The notes: generated by a model from the sequence alone, not told the origin. A stretch of DNA of 26,267 nt from Candidatus Bathyarchaeota archaeon (GCA_014859805.1 JACUTN010000001.1:1-26267), one strand, 5' to 3'. Shown: positions 15,932 to 24,416, numbered from the stretch's first letter. Numbers and translations: made by a program.

Positions 15932-18814
15932 ATGGAGTTTTTAAGAAAGATCGAGGAAAAATGGCAAAAAAAGTGGGAAAAAGCAAAGATTTTCGAGGTA
16001 GACCCAGACCCGAATAAGAAAAAGCTCTTTGTCACTTTTCCATACCCATACATCAACGGACCACTCACCGTCGGTCATGCCTTCACGGCCTCACGAATCG
16101 ACTCGTACGCACGATTTAAGCGGATGCAAGGCTATAACGTCTTGTTTCCGTGGGCGTGGCACTGGACAGGTCAGCCGTTGTTGGGAGCAAGCCAACGGAT
16201 TGCAAAGGGCGATAAGGAATTTATAAGAGTTTTGAGGGAAGTTGATGGCGTTCCAGAAGAGGAACTTGAAAAGTTCGTTGACCCGATTTATATGGCAACA
16301 TACTACACAAAGGAAAGCAGAATTGCCGCAAAGCGAGCAGGCTTCTCAGTTGATTGGAGAAGAGAATTCCACACCATGATGCCAACCTTCCAGAAATTTA
16401 TCGAATGGCAATATGAAAGCCTAAGAGCCAAAGGCTACGTTACAAAGGGAACACATCCAGTCGTGTGGTGCCCAAAGGATCAAAGCCCAACAGGAGACCA
16501 CGACCGACAAGAAGGCGAAGGTGTTAGACCAGAAGAATATACGCTTATAAAATTCAAACTGGACGAGGAAACTTATCTGCCAGCCGCCACATTCAGACCG
16601 GAAACAATCTACGGAGTAACAAACATCTGGATTCATCCAGACGCAACTTATGTGGAAGCAAGGGTGGACAACGAAAAATGGATAATAAGCGAAAAGGCAG
16701 CTGAAAAACTGAAACAACAAGCAAGAAAAGTAGAAGTAAAACGGAAACTGAAAGGCAGAGAACTCGTAGGAAAAAACTTTGAAAATCCCATTACTAAAGA
16801 AAAATTGCCGATTTTGCCCGGATGGTTCGTTGACCCAGCACAAGCCACAGGCGTAGTTTACAGCGTTCCAGCCCACGCACCCTACGACTGGCTAGCATTA
16901 AAAGACTTGCAGGAAAAACCTGAAACCCTACGAGAGTTCAACATAAACCCAGAAACTGTGAGGAACATAAAGCCAATTTCCATGATTGAAGTCGAGGGCT
17001 TCGGCGAATACCCCGCCATCGAAATCGTGGAACAATTAGGTGTGAAAGACCAACATGACCCAAAGGCTGAAGAAGCAACTCAAATCGTTTACAAAAAGGA
17101 GTTCCACAGCGGAGTCTTAAAAGAAATCTGCATGGAATACGCTGGAAAAAAGGTTCGAGAGGTTAAAGAAACCCTACAGCAAGATTTTAGGAAACGCGGA
17201 ATCGCCGACTCCATGTATGACTTAACACAACCAGTTATTTGCCGATGCCTAACACCATGTATAGTTAAAGTTCTGCAAGACCAATGGTTCCTAAAATATT
17301 CAGACCCGGAATGGAAGGAAAAAGTGAAAGAAGCACTAAACAAGATGAAAATTTACCCGGAAACAGCAACCCCATGGTTCTTAACGGTGATTGACTGGCT
17401 GAAAGAATGGGCATGTGCAAGAAGAACAGGGCTTGGGACACCCCTACCATGGGGTCCAGGCTGGATAATTGAAACCTTAAGCGACTCCACAATTTACATG
17501 GCATTCTACACAATAAACAAACACATAAAACAACATGACATAAAGCCTGAAATGCTAACAAAAGAAGTTTTCAACTACATTTTCCATGGAAAAGGAAACA
17601 TAAAAGAAATAGTTTCACGGTCGGGAACAAGCACCGAAATACTGGAGGAAATGCGAAAAGAATTCTTGTACTGGTATCCAGTTGACCTAAGAGTGTCAGC
17701 CAAAGAACTTGTTCCCAACCACTTGACATTTTTCATATTCCACCATGTGGCGCTTTTTTCACAGAAACACTGGCCAAAAGCAATTGGAGTAAATGGCATG
17801 CTGATGATTGAAGGAAAACAAATGCACAAGTCAAAGGGAAACTTCGTAACAACGAAAAACTCCATTGAGGAATATGGGGCAGACGCCACGAGATGCGCGT
17901 TAATGTTGGGCGCAGAAGGCATGGACGACCCAGATTGGAGAAGCGAAAACGTCAAGGATATGAGAAACAAGCTTGAATCCTTCTACAACTTCGCAAAAAA
18001 CATAATCAAAAATGCAGAAAGCAGTGAATATGGACATTTAGAAAAATGGTTGATGAGCACACTGCAGCATCGCATATCTGAGGTAACAGAAAATTTTGAA
18101 GAAATGAAAACAAGAACATCCCTAGAACTAGCCCTGTTTGAAATCTGGAATGACTTCCGCTGGTACATACACAGAAAAGGAGAAGCAAAAACAAGAATCC
18201 TGAAAGAAGCATTGAAAATATGGCTAAAGCTACTCGCGCCATTTGCACCACACATATGCGAAGAACTATGGAGAGAAATGAAAGAGGAACACTTCATCTC
18301 ACTTGCAAAATGGCCACAAGCAAAAGAAGAACTCGTAAATGACCAAGCAGAGGAAAAGGAAAATCTGATAAACGAAATTATTGAAGACACACTAAACATC
18401 CTGAAAGCAACAAAAGTAACCCCACAAAAAATATGCTACTACACGGCTTCCCCATGGAAATGGACAGTCTACCTGAGAGTATTGGAGAAATCAAAGCACG
18501 GAGAAGTAAAGCTAAACGAAATTATGAGAGAATTCGCCGCAGAAGATGATTTAAAGGAGAAACTGAAGGAAGTCGCAAAATTCGCTGCAAAAGTAGTGCA
18601 AGAAATGAGCAAGATATCTGAAAAGAGAAAGGCAAATCTGTTAAAAATCGGCACGTTAAAGGAAAAAAAGGTAATCGAGGAAGCAAAAGACTTTCTGGCA
18701 GACAGGTTTAGGGCACGCATTATAATTTACAGTGAAGATGAAAAGGACCGCTATGACCCCAAACTAAGAGCTATGCTATCTATGCCATGTCGACCAGCAA
18801 TTTACATCGAGTAA
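15932..18814 (+). CDS. leuS: Leucyl-tRNA synthetase (archaeal/eukaryal type) with variant signature motifs
   Basis: FPYPYING, PWAWHWTG, DWRREF, CP1 ATFRPET and SVPAHAPYD, WACARRTGLGT, IETLSDST, YWYPVDLR, YGADATR, C-terminal PCRPAIYIE. Confidence 0.96.
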   Translation: MEFLRKIEEKWQKKWEKAKIFEVDPDPNKKKLFVTFPYPYINGPLTVGHAFTASRIDSYARFKRMQGYNVLFPWAWHWTGQPLLGASQRIAKGDKEFIRVLREVDGVPEEELEKFVDPIYMATYYTKESRIAAKRAGFSVDWRREFHTMMPTFQKFIEWQYESLRAKGYVTKGTHPVVWCPKDQSPTGDHDRQEGEGVRPEEYTLIKFKLDEETYLPAATFRPETIYGVTNIWIHPDATYVEARVDNEKWIISEKAAEKLKQQARKVEVKRKLKGRELVGKNFENPITKEKLPILPGWFVDPAQATGVVYSVPAHAPYDWLALKDLQEKPETLREFNINPETVRNIKPISMIEVEGFGEYPAIEIVEQLGVKDQHDPKAEEATQIVYKKEFHSGVLKEICMEYAGKKVREVKETLQQDFRKRGIADSMYDLTQPVICRCLTPCIVKVLQDQWFLKYSDPEWKEKVKEALNKMKIYPETATPWFLTVIDWLKEWACARRTGLGTPLPWGPGWIIETLSDSTIYMAFYTINKHIKQHDIKPEMLTKEVFNYIFHGKGNIKEIVSRSGTSTEILEEMRKEFLYWYPVDLRVSAKELVPNHLTFFIFHHVALFSQKHWPKAIGVNGMLMIEGKQMHKSKGNFVTTKNSIEEYGADATRCALMLGAEGMDDPDWRSENVKDMRNKLESFYNFAKNIIKNAESSEYGHLEKWLMSTLQHRISEVTENFEEMKTRTSLELALFEIWNDFRWYIHRKGEAKTRILKEALKIWLKLLAPFAPHICEELWREMKEEHFISLAKWPQAKEELVNDQAEEKENLINEIIEDTLNILKATKVTPQKICYYTASPWKWTVYLRVLEKSKHGEVKLNEIMREFAAEDDLKEKLKEVAKFAAKVVQEMSKISEKRKANLLKIGTLKEKKVIEEAKDFLADRFRARIIIYSEDEKDRYDPKLRAMLSMPCRPAIYIE

Positions 18815-18821
18815 GACTGCG

Positions 18822-19199
18822 TCAAATAAACCTATGTAGTGAACTTAATGTATGAGTATTAACCTTAACATGATAGTTTCTTCGACCACGACTGGTTGTT
18901 GTAATGTAGAAATCATCTTCTTCACGAAGTTCACTTCCATAAAAGAGAGCTAGAACTGTACGGCAAATATTTATGGTGGTCAATTTTTCACTTTCAACTT
19001 TCTTTTCTATTTCGTCTTGCAAAACTCTGGGATTAATTGTATAGACGGTCTCAGAACCGCGTCCGGTTCTTTCATAATGCATTTCCATCTCTTTCAGAAT
19101 GTGTTGAACAATATCGTAATAAGGTGTCTTGTGATATTTTATGAGATGTATGTAGTTCGCCAGAGGGATAGGAATATCACTAATGTGAACTTCAGACAT
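18822..19199 (-). CDS. Hypothetical protein (possibly winged-helix-like)
   Basis: 125-aa ORF, ATG preceded by GGAGAGGG SD-like sequence, converging on the leuS 3' end. Confidence 0.75.
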   Translation of the reverse strand: MSEVHISDIPIPLANYIHLIKYHKTPYYDIVQHILKEMEMHYERTGRGSETVYTINPRVLQDEIEKKVESEKLTTINICRTVLALFYGSELREEDDFYITTTSRGRRNYHVKVNTHTLSSLHRFI

Positions 19200-19339
19200 G
19201 TGAAGCCCTCTCCTTATAGTAGGTAATCAATTACCGTCTTAAAAAGTTTAAGGAAAAACATTCCATACGAATGTTCCAAAATTCATAACCTAACATGAAT
19301 AGATAAAACTATATTCAACAATTATATATGAAAATTCGT

Positions 19340-19432
19340 GGGTCCGTGGCGCAGCTTGGATAGCATTGTCCCAGAAAGCGCGTCGGCCTTCTAAGCCGAA
19401 GATCCTGGGTTCAAATCCCAGCGGACCCGCCA
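19340..19432 (+). tRNA. tRNA-Arg (anticodon TCT) with a 15-nt D-loop intron; CCA encoded
   Basis: Acceptor GGGTCCG/CGGACCC, D-stem GCGC/GCGC after intron removal, anticodon stem TCGGC/GCCGA with loop CTTCTAA (TCT at 19390-19392), T-arm CTGGG-TTCAAAT-CCCAG, G discriminator, CCA. Confidence 0.95.
19362..19376 (+). other. Non-canonical tRNA intron at position 20a/21
   Basis: AGCATTGTCCCAGAA; bulge-helix-bulge with central helix TTGG(19356-59)/CCAG(19371-74) and bulges AT|A and AA|A. Confidence 0.85.
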
Positions 19433-19525
19433 CTCGTGTTCGATTTCCGAACAGAAATTATAAATCAGTAATGCAATAATAAAGGGTAAATACTTCAGTC
19501 TTTAACTTATCGATGTATAAGGGGG

Positions 19526-20266
19526 ATGGGTATGAGCACACATGCAGAAGAGCTTAAACTTCGTTTAATGACCATTGAGTTGCTTAGAACTGCAAAGTAT
19601 AAGAGGAATATTACCTATCGTGAGTTGTCGTCTAAGACTGGCTTGCCAGTGACTGTTTTAAGTAGGTACGCGAAAGGGCATGTTTTGCCCAATACTGCGA
19701 GGGCGAAGCAACTTTGGAAAGTGTTGACGAAACTTGTTGGTTTGGAGAGGGAGCTTCGAAGCAGAATAAAATTTAATGAAGAAGGATACTTTGATAACAC
19801 TGAGATTATAGGTGACTTTAACATCCTTCAGCAGGCAGCCAATCATGCGCTCGCAAATTTTGCTGGAAAACGTGTCACAAAGGTTTTAACAGCGGCTGTG
19901 GATGGAATTCCGTTGGCTAGTATGGTTGCTAGCGCCCTTGGAGTTAACCTAGTAATAGCGAAGAGAAACAAGGAAGTTGGGGTTAAGGCTTTTCTTGAAG
20001 AAACTTATGCGCTAAGGGATTCAGGGGTAACCATGACGCTCTATGTTCCGAAGGATGCCATTAAGAGGAGGGACAGCGTCCTGATCGTGGATGACATGAT
20101 TAAGACTGGTGAAACTCAAGCTGCATTAGTAAATTTAGTTCGGAAAGCGAAGGCTGAAATTTCAGGAATTTTCTCCCTCATAGCTGTTGGAGATAAGTGG
20201 AATAAGAAGCTGAAGCTTCGTGAAGGATGTCCAGTAGAAGTCATAACTTATGTTAAGGCGCCTTAG
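19526..20266 (+). CDS. HTH (XRE-like) + phosphoribosyltransferase domain protein (PurR/Apt-like regulator)
   Basis: ITYRELSSKTGLPVTVLSRYAKGHVLP HTH; VLTAAVDGIPLA, IAKR, PRPP-binding VLIVDDMIKTGET. Candidate BRE/TATA CAGAAATTATAAA at 19452-19464. Confidence 0.88.
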   Translation: MGMSTHAEELKLRLMTIELLRTAKYKRNITYRELSSKTGLPVTVLSRYAKGHVLPNTARAKQLWKVLTKLVGLERELRSRIKFNEEGYFDNTEIIGDFNILQQAANHALANFAGKRVTKVLTAAVDGIPLASMVASALGVNLVIAKRNKEVGVKAFLEETYALRDSGVTMTLYVPKDAIKRRDSVLIVDDMIKTGETQAALVNLVRKAKAEISGIFSLIAVGDKWNKKLKLREGCPVEVITYVKAP

Positions 20267-20960
20267 GATTTAAGCAGTCTCTTTTAACTGGACAAGAAGA
20301 GCATTTTCCTTTTCTACAGAAATTTTTGCCGAGTCTAAGCAAGGCTGTTTCAAAGTTAACAAAGGATTTTCCAGCTATCTCGTTTTTAGCCCAGAAATCT
20401 TCTAGTTGTTTTAGAGCATTTTCAGCAGTTTCGTTCTTTACTATCCCAAGGTTTTTAGCAGCGGAGACTACCAAGCTCGTTGGATTTGGTTTGGCTTTTT
20501 CCCAGACCTCTCGTAATTCTCTTAGGAAGATGCTTACAGTCACGTCGCCTATGCCCTTTCCTAAATCCTTTAATCCATTTTCCAAGTCTTTTGCATTGGA
20601 AGCATTGAAATGAAGAAGATTGAGGCTTCCCTTGTACTTTTCCATGAGGTTTTGCATAACTTCCAAAAGTTTGTCCGCAGTTTTGAAATCGTAGCGTGTG
20701 TAACTTCCTTCATCAAGGATTCTAACTAGGCCCTCCCATCCAGTTTCAAGGATTCTTTCAGGCGTTAGAACCTCATATTTTTGAAAGCATTTGTAAGTTT
20801 TGATGACTGAAGTTTCAGTTATGGGTGCACCAAACAGTACAGAGGCCAAGAACCATTTGAAAATCTCCTCATCCTTTCCACTGTTGAGACTTATACCTAA
20901 AACTTCCGAATATCTTTTTCCAGATCTTTCAAGAAGAGCTTCTACGGTTTTCCGTTTCAT
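20253..20960 (-). CDS. HhH-GPD superfamily (endonuclease III-like) protein with a C-terminal four-Cys cluster
   Basis: FKWFLASVLFGAPI, GSYTRYDFKTA, HhH-like LGKGIGDVT, CRKGKCSSCPVKRDC. Confidence 0.75.
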   Translation of the reverse strand: MKRKTVEALLERSGKRYSEVLGISLNSGKDEEIFKWFLASVLFGAPITETSVIKTYKCFQKYEVLTPERILETGWEGLVRILDEGSYTRYDFKTADKLLEVMQNLMEKYKGSLNLLHFNASNAKDLENGLKDLGKGIGDVTVSIFLRELREVWEKAKPNPTSLVVSAAKNLGIVKNETAENALKQLEDFWAKNEIAGKSFVNFETALLRLGKNFCRKGKCSSCPVKRDCLNPKAP

Positions 20961-21026
20961 AGTGTCTTCACTTTCTCACAATTTTTATACTGTTTACGTC
21001 ATAAAACGGTTTACTGAGGCATTAAT

Positions 21027-22043
21027 ATGAGGACGATAGAGTGGCGTCATGGAACAGTTGTAACGATAGATCAGACGAAACTTCCGCAGGAAACCGTGTT
21101 TTTGGAAATGAAAAATGTTACTGAAGTGGCTGATGCCATAAAAACTATGAAAATAAGGGGGGCACCGCTTTTGGGTGCGGCTGCAGCCTTTGCATTGGCT
21201 TTGGTGGCTTATTATTCAAAAGCTGAAAAGGCAGAACTAGTTAACGAGTTGGAGAAAGCAGCAGAGACTTTGAAGGAAACTAGGCCGACGGCTGTTAATC
21301 TTTTCTGGGCGATCGATAGGATTCTGACCAAGGCGAGAGTTTTCTCTGGAAACGCTAAAGGTTTAGCCGCATTTGTTGTTGAAGAGGCGCAGAAAATTGC
21401 TGATGAAGATGCAGCGGCGAACCGTTTGATTGGTAGGCACGGTGCTGAACTTATTCGTGACGGGGATGTTGTCTTAACGCATTGCAACGCTGGTGCTTTG
21501 GCAACGGTTGACTATGGCACCGCATTAGGCGTGATAAGAGCTGCTTGGGAGCAAGGGAAAAAGACTAGGGTTATTGCGACTGAGACAAGACCGAAACTGC
21601 AGGGAGCAAGGTTAACGACTTATGAGCTTAAACGCGATGATATACCGGTGACGTTGATTACTGATAGCATGGTTGGCTATGTCATGTATAAACGGCTGGT
21701 TGGCAAGGTCATAGTTGGAGCAGACAGAATAGTTAGAGACGCGGTGATCAACAAGATTGGAACATATACCGTAGCTGTTTTAGCCAAAGAGCATAACATT
21801 CCATTTTATGTTGCAGCTCCCAAATCTACCTTTGACTTGGCACACACCTCAGCAAATGTTATTATTGAGCAAAGACGGTCGGAAGAGGTTACACATATAG
21901 GTTCGCAGAGGATTGCTCCTGAGGGAGTGAATGTTTTGAATCCAGCCTTTGACATAACCCCACTAAAATATGTGACTGCTGTTATTTGCGAGGATGGCGT
22001 CTTAAGTAAGGAAGATCTCGTTAAGTTTGAATCCAATTTATAA
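21027..22043 (+). CDS. mtnA: S-methyl-5-thioribose-1-phosphate isomerase (eIF-2B alpha/beta/delta-like fold)
   Basis: IDQTKLP, IRGAP, RPTAVNL, LTHCNAGALAT, ETRPKLQGARLT, VGADRI, NKIGTY, NPAFDITP. Confidence 0.9.
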   Translation: MRTIEWRHGTVVTIDQTKLPQETVFLEMKNVTEVADAIKTMKIRGAPLLGAAAAFALALVAYYSKAEKAELVNELEKAAETLKETRPTAVNLFWAIDRILTKARVFSGNAKGLAAFVVEEAQKIADEDAAANRLIGRHGAELIRDGDVVLTHCNAGALATVDYGTALGVIRAAWEQGKKTRVIATETRPKLQGARLTTYELKRDDIPVTLITDSMVGYVMYKRLVGKVIVGADRIVRDAVINKIGTYTVAVLAKEHNIPFYVAAPKSTFDLAHTSANVIIEQRRSEEVTHIGSQRIAPEGVNVLNPAFDITPLKYVTAVICEDGVLSKEDLVKFESNL

Positions 22044-22078
22044 GTGAAAAGATGGTTTTATGCTGGTTGAGGGTTTGC

Positions 22079-22636
22079 ATGAACGAGAGTAAGGAAAAGA
22101 CCGCTGTCCATTCAGAACTTAAGGTTAGGGGTTTGCTTGTTGAAAACGGCGTCAAAGTCTCTGAAAAAGAGAGTGTGGATGAACTTTCTTCAAGAGGTTA
22201 CGGTGTAGCTGAGAACGATGAGTTTTTGCTTGCATTTTATGAGGCTCTGTATCTTTTGGATAAGGGAAACTTGGAGATCGAGAATGGAAAAGGTGAAACT
22301 GTGGCTTTTCAAAGGGTTCTGCAACACTATGAGGATGCTGATGAAAATGCTTGGGCTAAATATTTGGCATATCGTGATTTGAGAAGTCGCGGATACGTTG
22401 TTCGCGAAGGTTTCGGCTTAGGCGTTGACTTTCGAGTTTACGAACGTGGAGGATACGGTGAAAAAACGGCTAGATACTTGATTTTGAGCATGCAAGAGGG
22501 AAATCCAATGTCACTGGGGGATCTAACTCGTGTTCTGAAACAGTGTCAAAGTCTCAAGAAGGAACTAGTTTTGGCTGTTATGAACCGTAGAGGGGAAATA
22601 GTTTACTACTCGGTTTCACAGCTAACCCTAAAATAG
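22079..22636 (+). CDS. endA: tRNA-splicing endonuclease family subunit, probably the structural (non-catalytic) one
   Basis: GYG, EALYLL, YRDLRSRGYVV, DFRVYERG, GEIVYY; catalytic Tyr and His positions are substituted. ATG 22079 preferred (22052 also possible). Confidence 0.88.
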   Translation: MNESKEKTAVHSELKVRGLLVENGVKVSEKESVDELSSRGYGVAENDEFLLAFYEALYLLDKGNLEIENGKGETVAFQRVLQHYEDADENAWAKYLAYRDLRSRGYVVREGFGLGVDFRVYERGGYGEKTARYLILSMQEGNPMSLGDLTRVLKQCQSLKKELVLAVMNRRGEIVYYSVSQLTLK

Positions 22637-22640
22637 TGGA

Positions 22641-23945
22641 GTGTTCGAATTGCCAGTTTTCAGAAGAGTTCGTGGAATGAGAGATTTTCTGCCAGAAGAA
22701 GCCCAAATGATGAAGTACATTGAAGGTAAGGCTAGAAAATTTGCTCGGCTTTATGGATATGGGGAGATAATAACGCCTGTTTTGGAATCTTACGAGCTTT
22801 TAGCTGCGAAGGCTGGTGAAGAGATTCGCTCTAGAATGTACGCTTTTGAGGATTTGGGTGGACGCAAGGTTGCCTTAAGGCCAGAGTTCACGGCTTCTGT
22901 GGCGAGACTGGTTGCAACAACTTTAAGAAACGAGCCTAAGCCTTTACGAATGTTCTCCGTGGGAAGCCTATATCGGTATGATGAGCCGCAGCAAGGTCGT
23001 TTCAGAGAGTTTTGGCAGTCAAATTACGAATTGATGGGGTCAAGCAAGCCTGAAGCGGACGCTGAAATAATGATGTTGACGAACAGTTTGATGAAGGCTG
23101 TGGGATTGAAAAATTTTGTTTTTAAAGTTGGGCATGTTGGGGTTTTGAGGGGGATTTTAAGCCAAGAAAAGATTGAAGATGAAGTTCAAAACGGAATTAT
23201 GCAGTTAATGGACAAGAAAGAGTATGATGAAGCTATTGAGCTGGTTGAGGGGGCTGGTGCATCTGAAAAATGTTTGGAGACGCTTCGAAAACTCGTGAAG
23301 GCTAAGGGTGGCAAGTTCTCTGAAGTTCTGGATAATATGAGTAGACGTGTGGAGGGCTTTAGAAGTGCTGTTAACGCTGTGAGAAACCTTGAGGAGGTTC
23401 TTGAGCTTGTTTCTGAAAGTGGAGAGAAAATTAACATGGTTGTTGAGGCTGGTTTTGCTCGGGGACTTGAGTATTACACGGGAATGGTTTTCGAGGTTTA
23501 CGTTCCAGAGTTTAATATAGCGTTGGGTGGCGGTGGAAGATACGACAAGCTTATTGAAATGTTCGGAGGTGAGCCTACGCCTGCGGTTGGTGTTGCTCAC
23601 GGGTTGGATAGGATAATGCTGGCAATGCAGAAACAAAAAACTCCTCTAGAAACTGAGGAGGAAAAAACGGTTGTGGTGATTCCCGTTAATGAAGGGTTGA
23701 AGGGGGAAGCATTGAACATTTCGCGGATTCTGAGAGATGCGGGTATACCAGTTGAAGTTGAGGCTATGGGACGAAAAGTGGCTAAGGCTCTAGAGGACGC
23801 GGACAGAAGGAAAAAGGACTATGCAGTAATTGTGGGAGAAAGAGAACTGAAAGAAGGATCAGTTGTGATTCGGAACTTGAAGAGAAGAGAGCAAAAAACC
23901 GTGAAAATCAAAAGCATAATAGAAGCAATAAAAGGTCAAGCGTAA
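22641..23945 (+). CDS. hisS: Histidyl-tRNA synthetase
   Basis: RGMRDF, LRPEFTAS, YRYDEPQQGRFREF, RGLEYYTG, GGGRYD, C-terminal anticodon-binding domain. Confidence 0.97.
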   Translation: MFELPVFRRVRGMRDFLPEEAQMMKYIEGKARKFARLYGYGEIITPVLESYELLAAKAGEEIRSRMYAFEDLGGRKVALRPEFTASVARLVATTLRNEPKPLRMFSVGSLYRYDEPQQGRFREFWQSNYELMGSSKPEADAEIMMLTNSLMKAVGLKNFVFKVGHVGVLRGILSQEKIEDEVQNGIMQLMDKKEYDEAIELVEGAGASEKCLETLRKLVKAKGGKFSEVLDNMSRRVEGFRSAVNAVRNLEEVLELVSESGEKINMVVEAGFARGLEYYTGMVFEVYVPEFNIALGGGGRYDKLIEMFGGEPTPAVGVAHGLDRIMLAMQKQKTPLETEEEKTVVVIPVNEGLKGEALNISRILRDAGIPVEVEAMGRKVAKALEDADRRKKDYAVIVGERELKEGSVVIRNLKRREQKTVKIKSIIEAIKGQA

Positions 23946-23954
23946 TCTAAAATG

Positions 23955-24416
23955 TCATTTCTCCCTTCTTAAGAAGTCTCCTATGTCTGAGATATTTTCT
24001 ATGACAACTCCATCCTTTGCTTTGTCCAGATTGCGCAGTATTTTGCCAAAGCCTAGACATTCGCCATGTTGGTTTAGGATTAATGTGTAATCACCTTTCC
24101 TTTTTGAACCCATCACCTTCATTATTCCTTGTTTGAATATGTCCCTTCCACAGATGAAAAGCCATTCCGTCTTCTTGTCAACAATTACCTTGTTTGCCTT
24201 CTCCTCTGCGATCATTCTCAAGAGGTTGAAGCTTGGAAAGAATTTCCCCCTTTTAGCTTTCCCAAGATACGTTCCCGCATAAAAGAAGTCTTTTGAGATT
24301 AACCTTTTCAAACTATCGCTCAGAAGAAAGTATCTGTCTCGCCTTTTTACTATCAGATTCTTGTCTAAACTAATCCTTGTCTGAAATCGACTTACGAAGT
24401 CTTTTATCTGCTTCAT
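23955..24416 (-). CDS. NIP7-like PUA-domain ribosome biogenesis protein
   Basis: YAGTYLG, FFPSFNL, LFICGRDIF, CLGFG, DIGDFLRRE; ATG 24416 overlaps the stop of the upstream methyltransferase (ATGA). Confidence 0.88.
   Translation of the reverse strand: MKQIKDFVSRFQTRISLDKNLIVKRRDRYFLLSDSLKRLISKDFFYAGTYLGKAKRGKFFPSFNLLRMIAEEKANKVIVDKKTEWLFICGRDIFKQGIMKVMGSKRKGDYTLILNQHGECLGFGKILRNLDKAKDGVVIENISDIGDFLRREK

Noticed and set aside
19262-19274. ORB-like TTCCATACGAATG as proof of an origin
   Set aside because: Only a partial single match, with no G-string and no cdc6/orc1 in the window; kept only as context for the skew finding.
19400-19432. tRNA 3' end as the attachment site of an integrated element
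   Set aside because: No duplicate of either tRNA 3' end was found in the window, and flanking genes are core-like.
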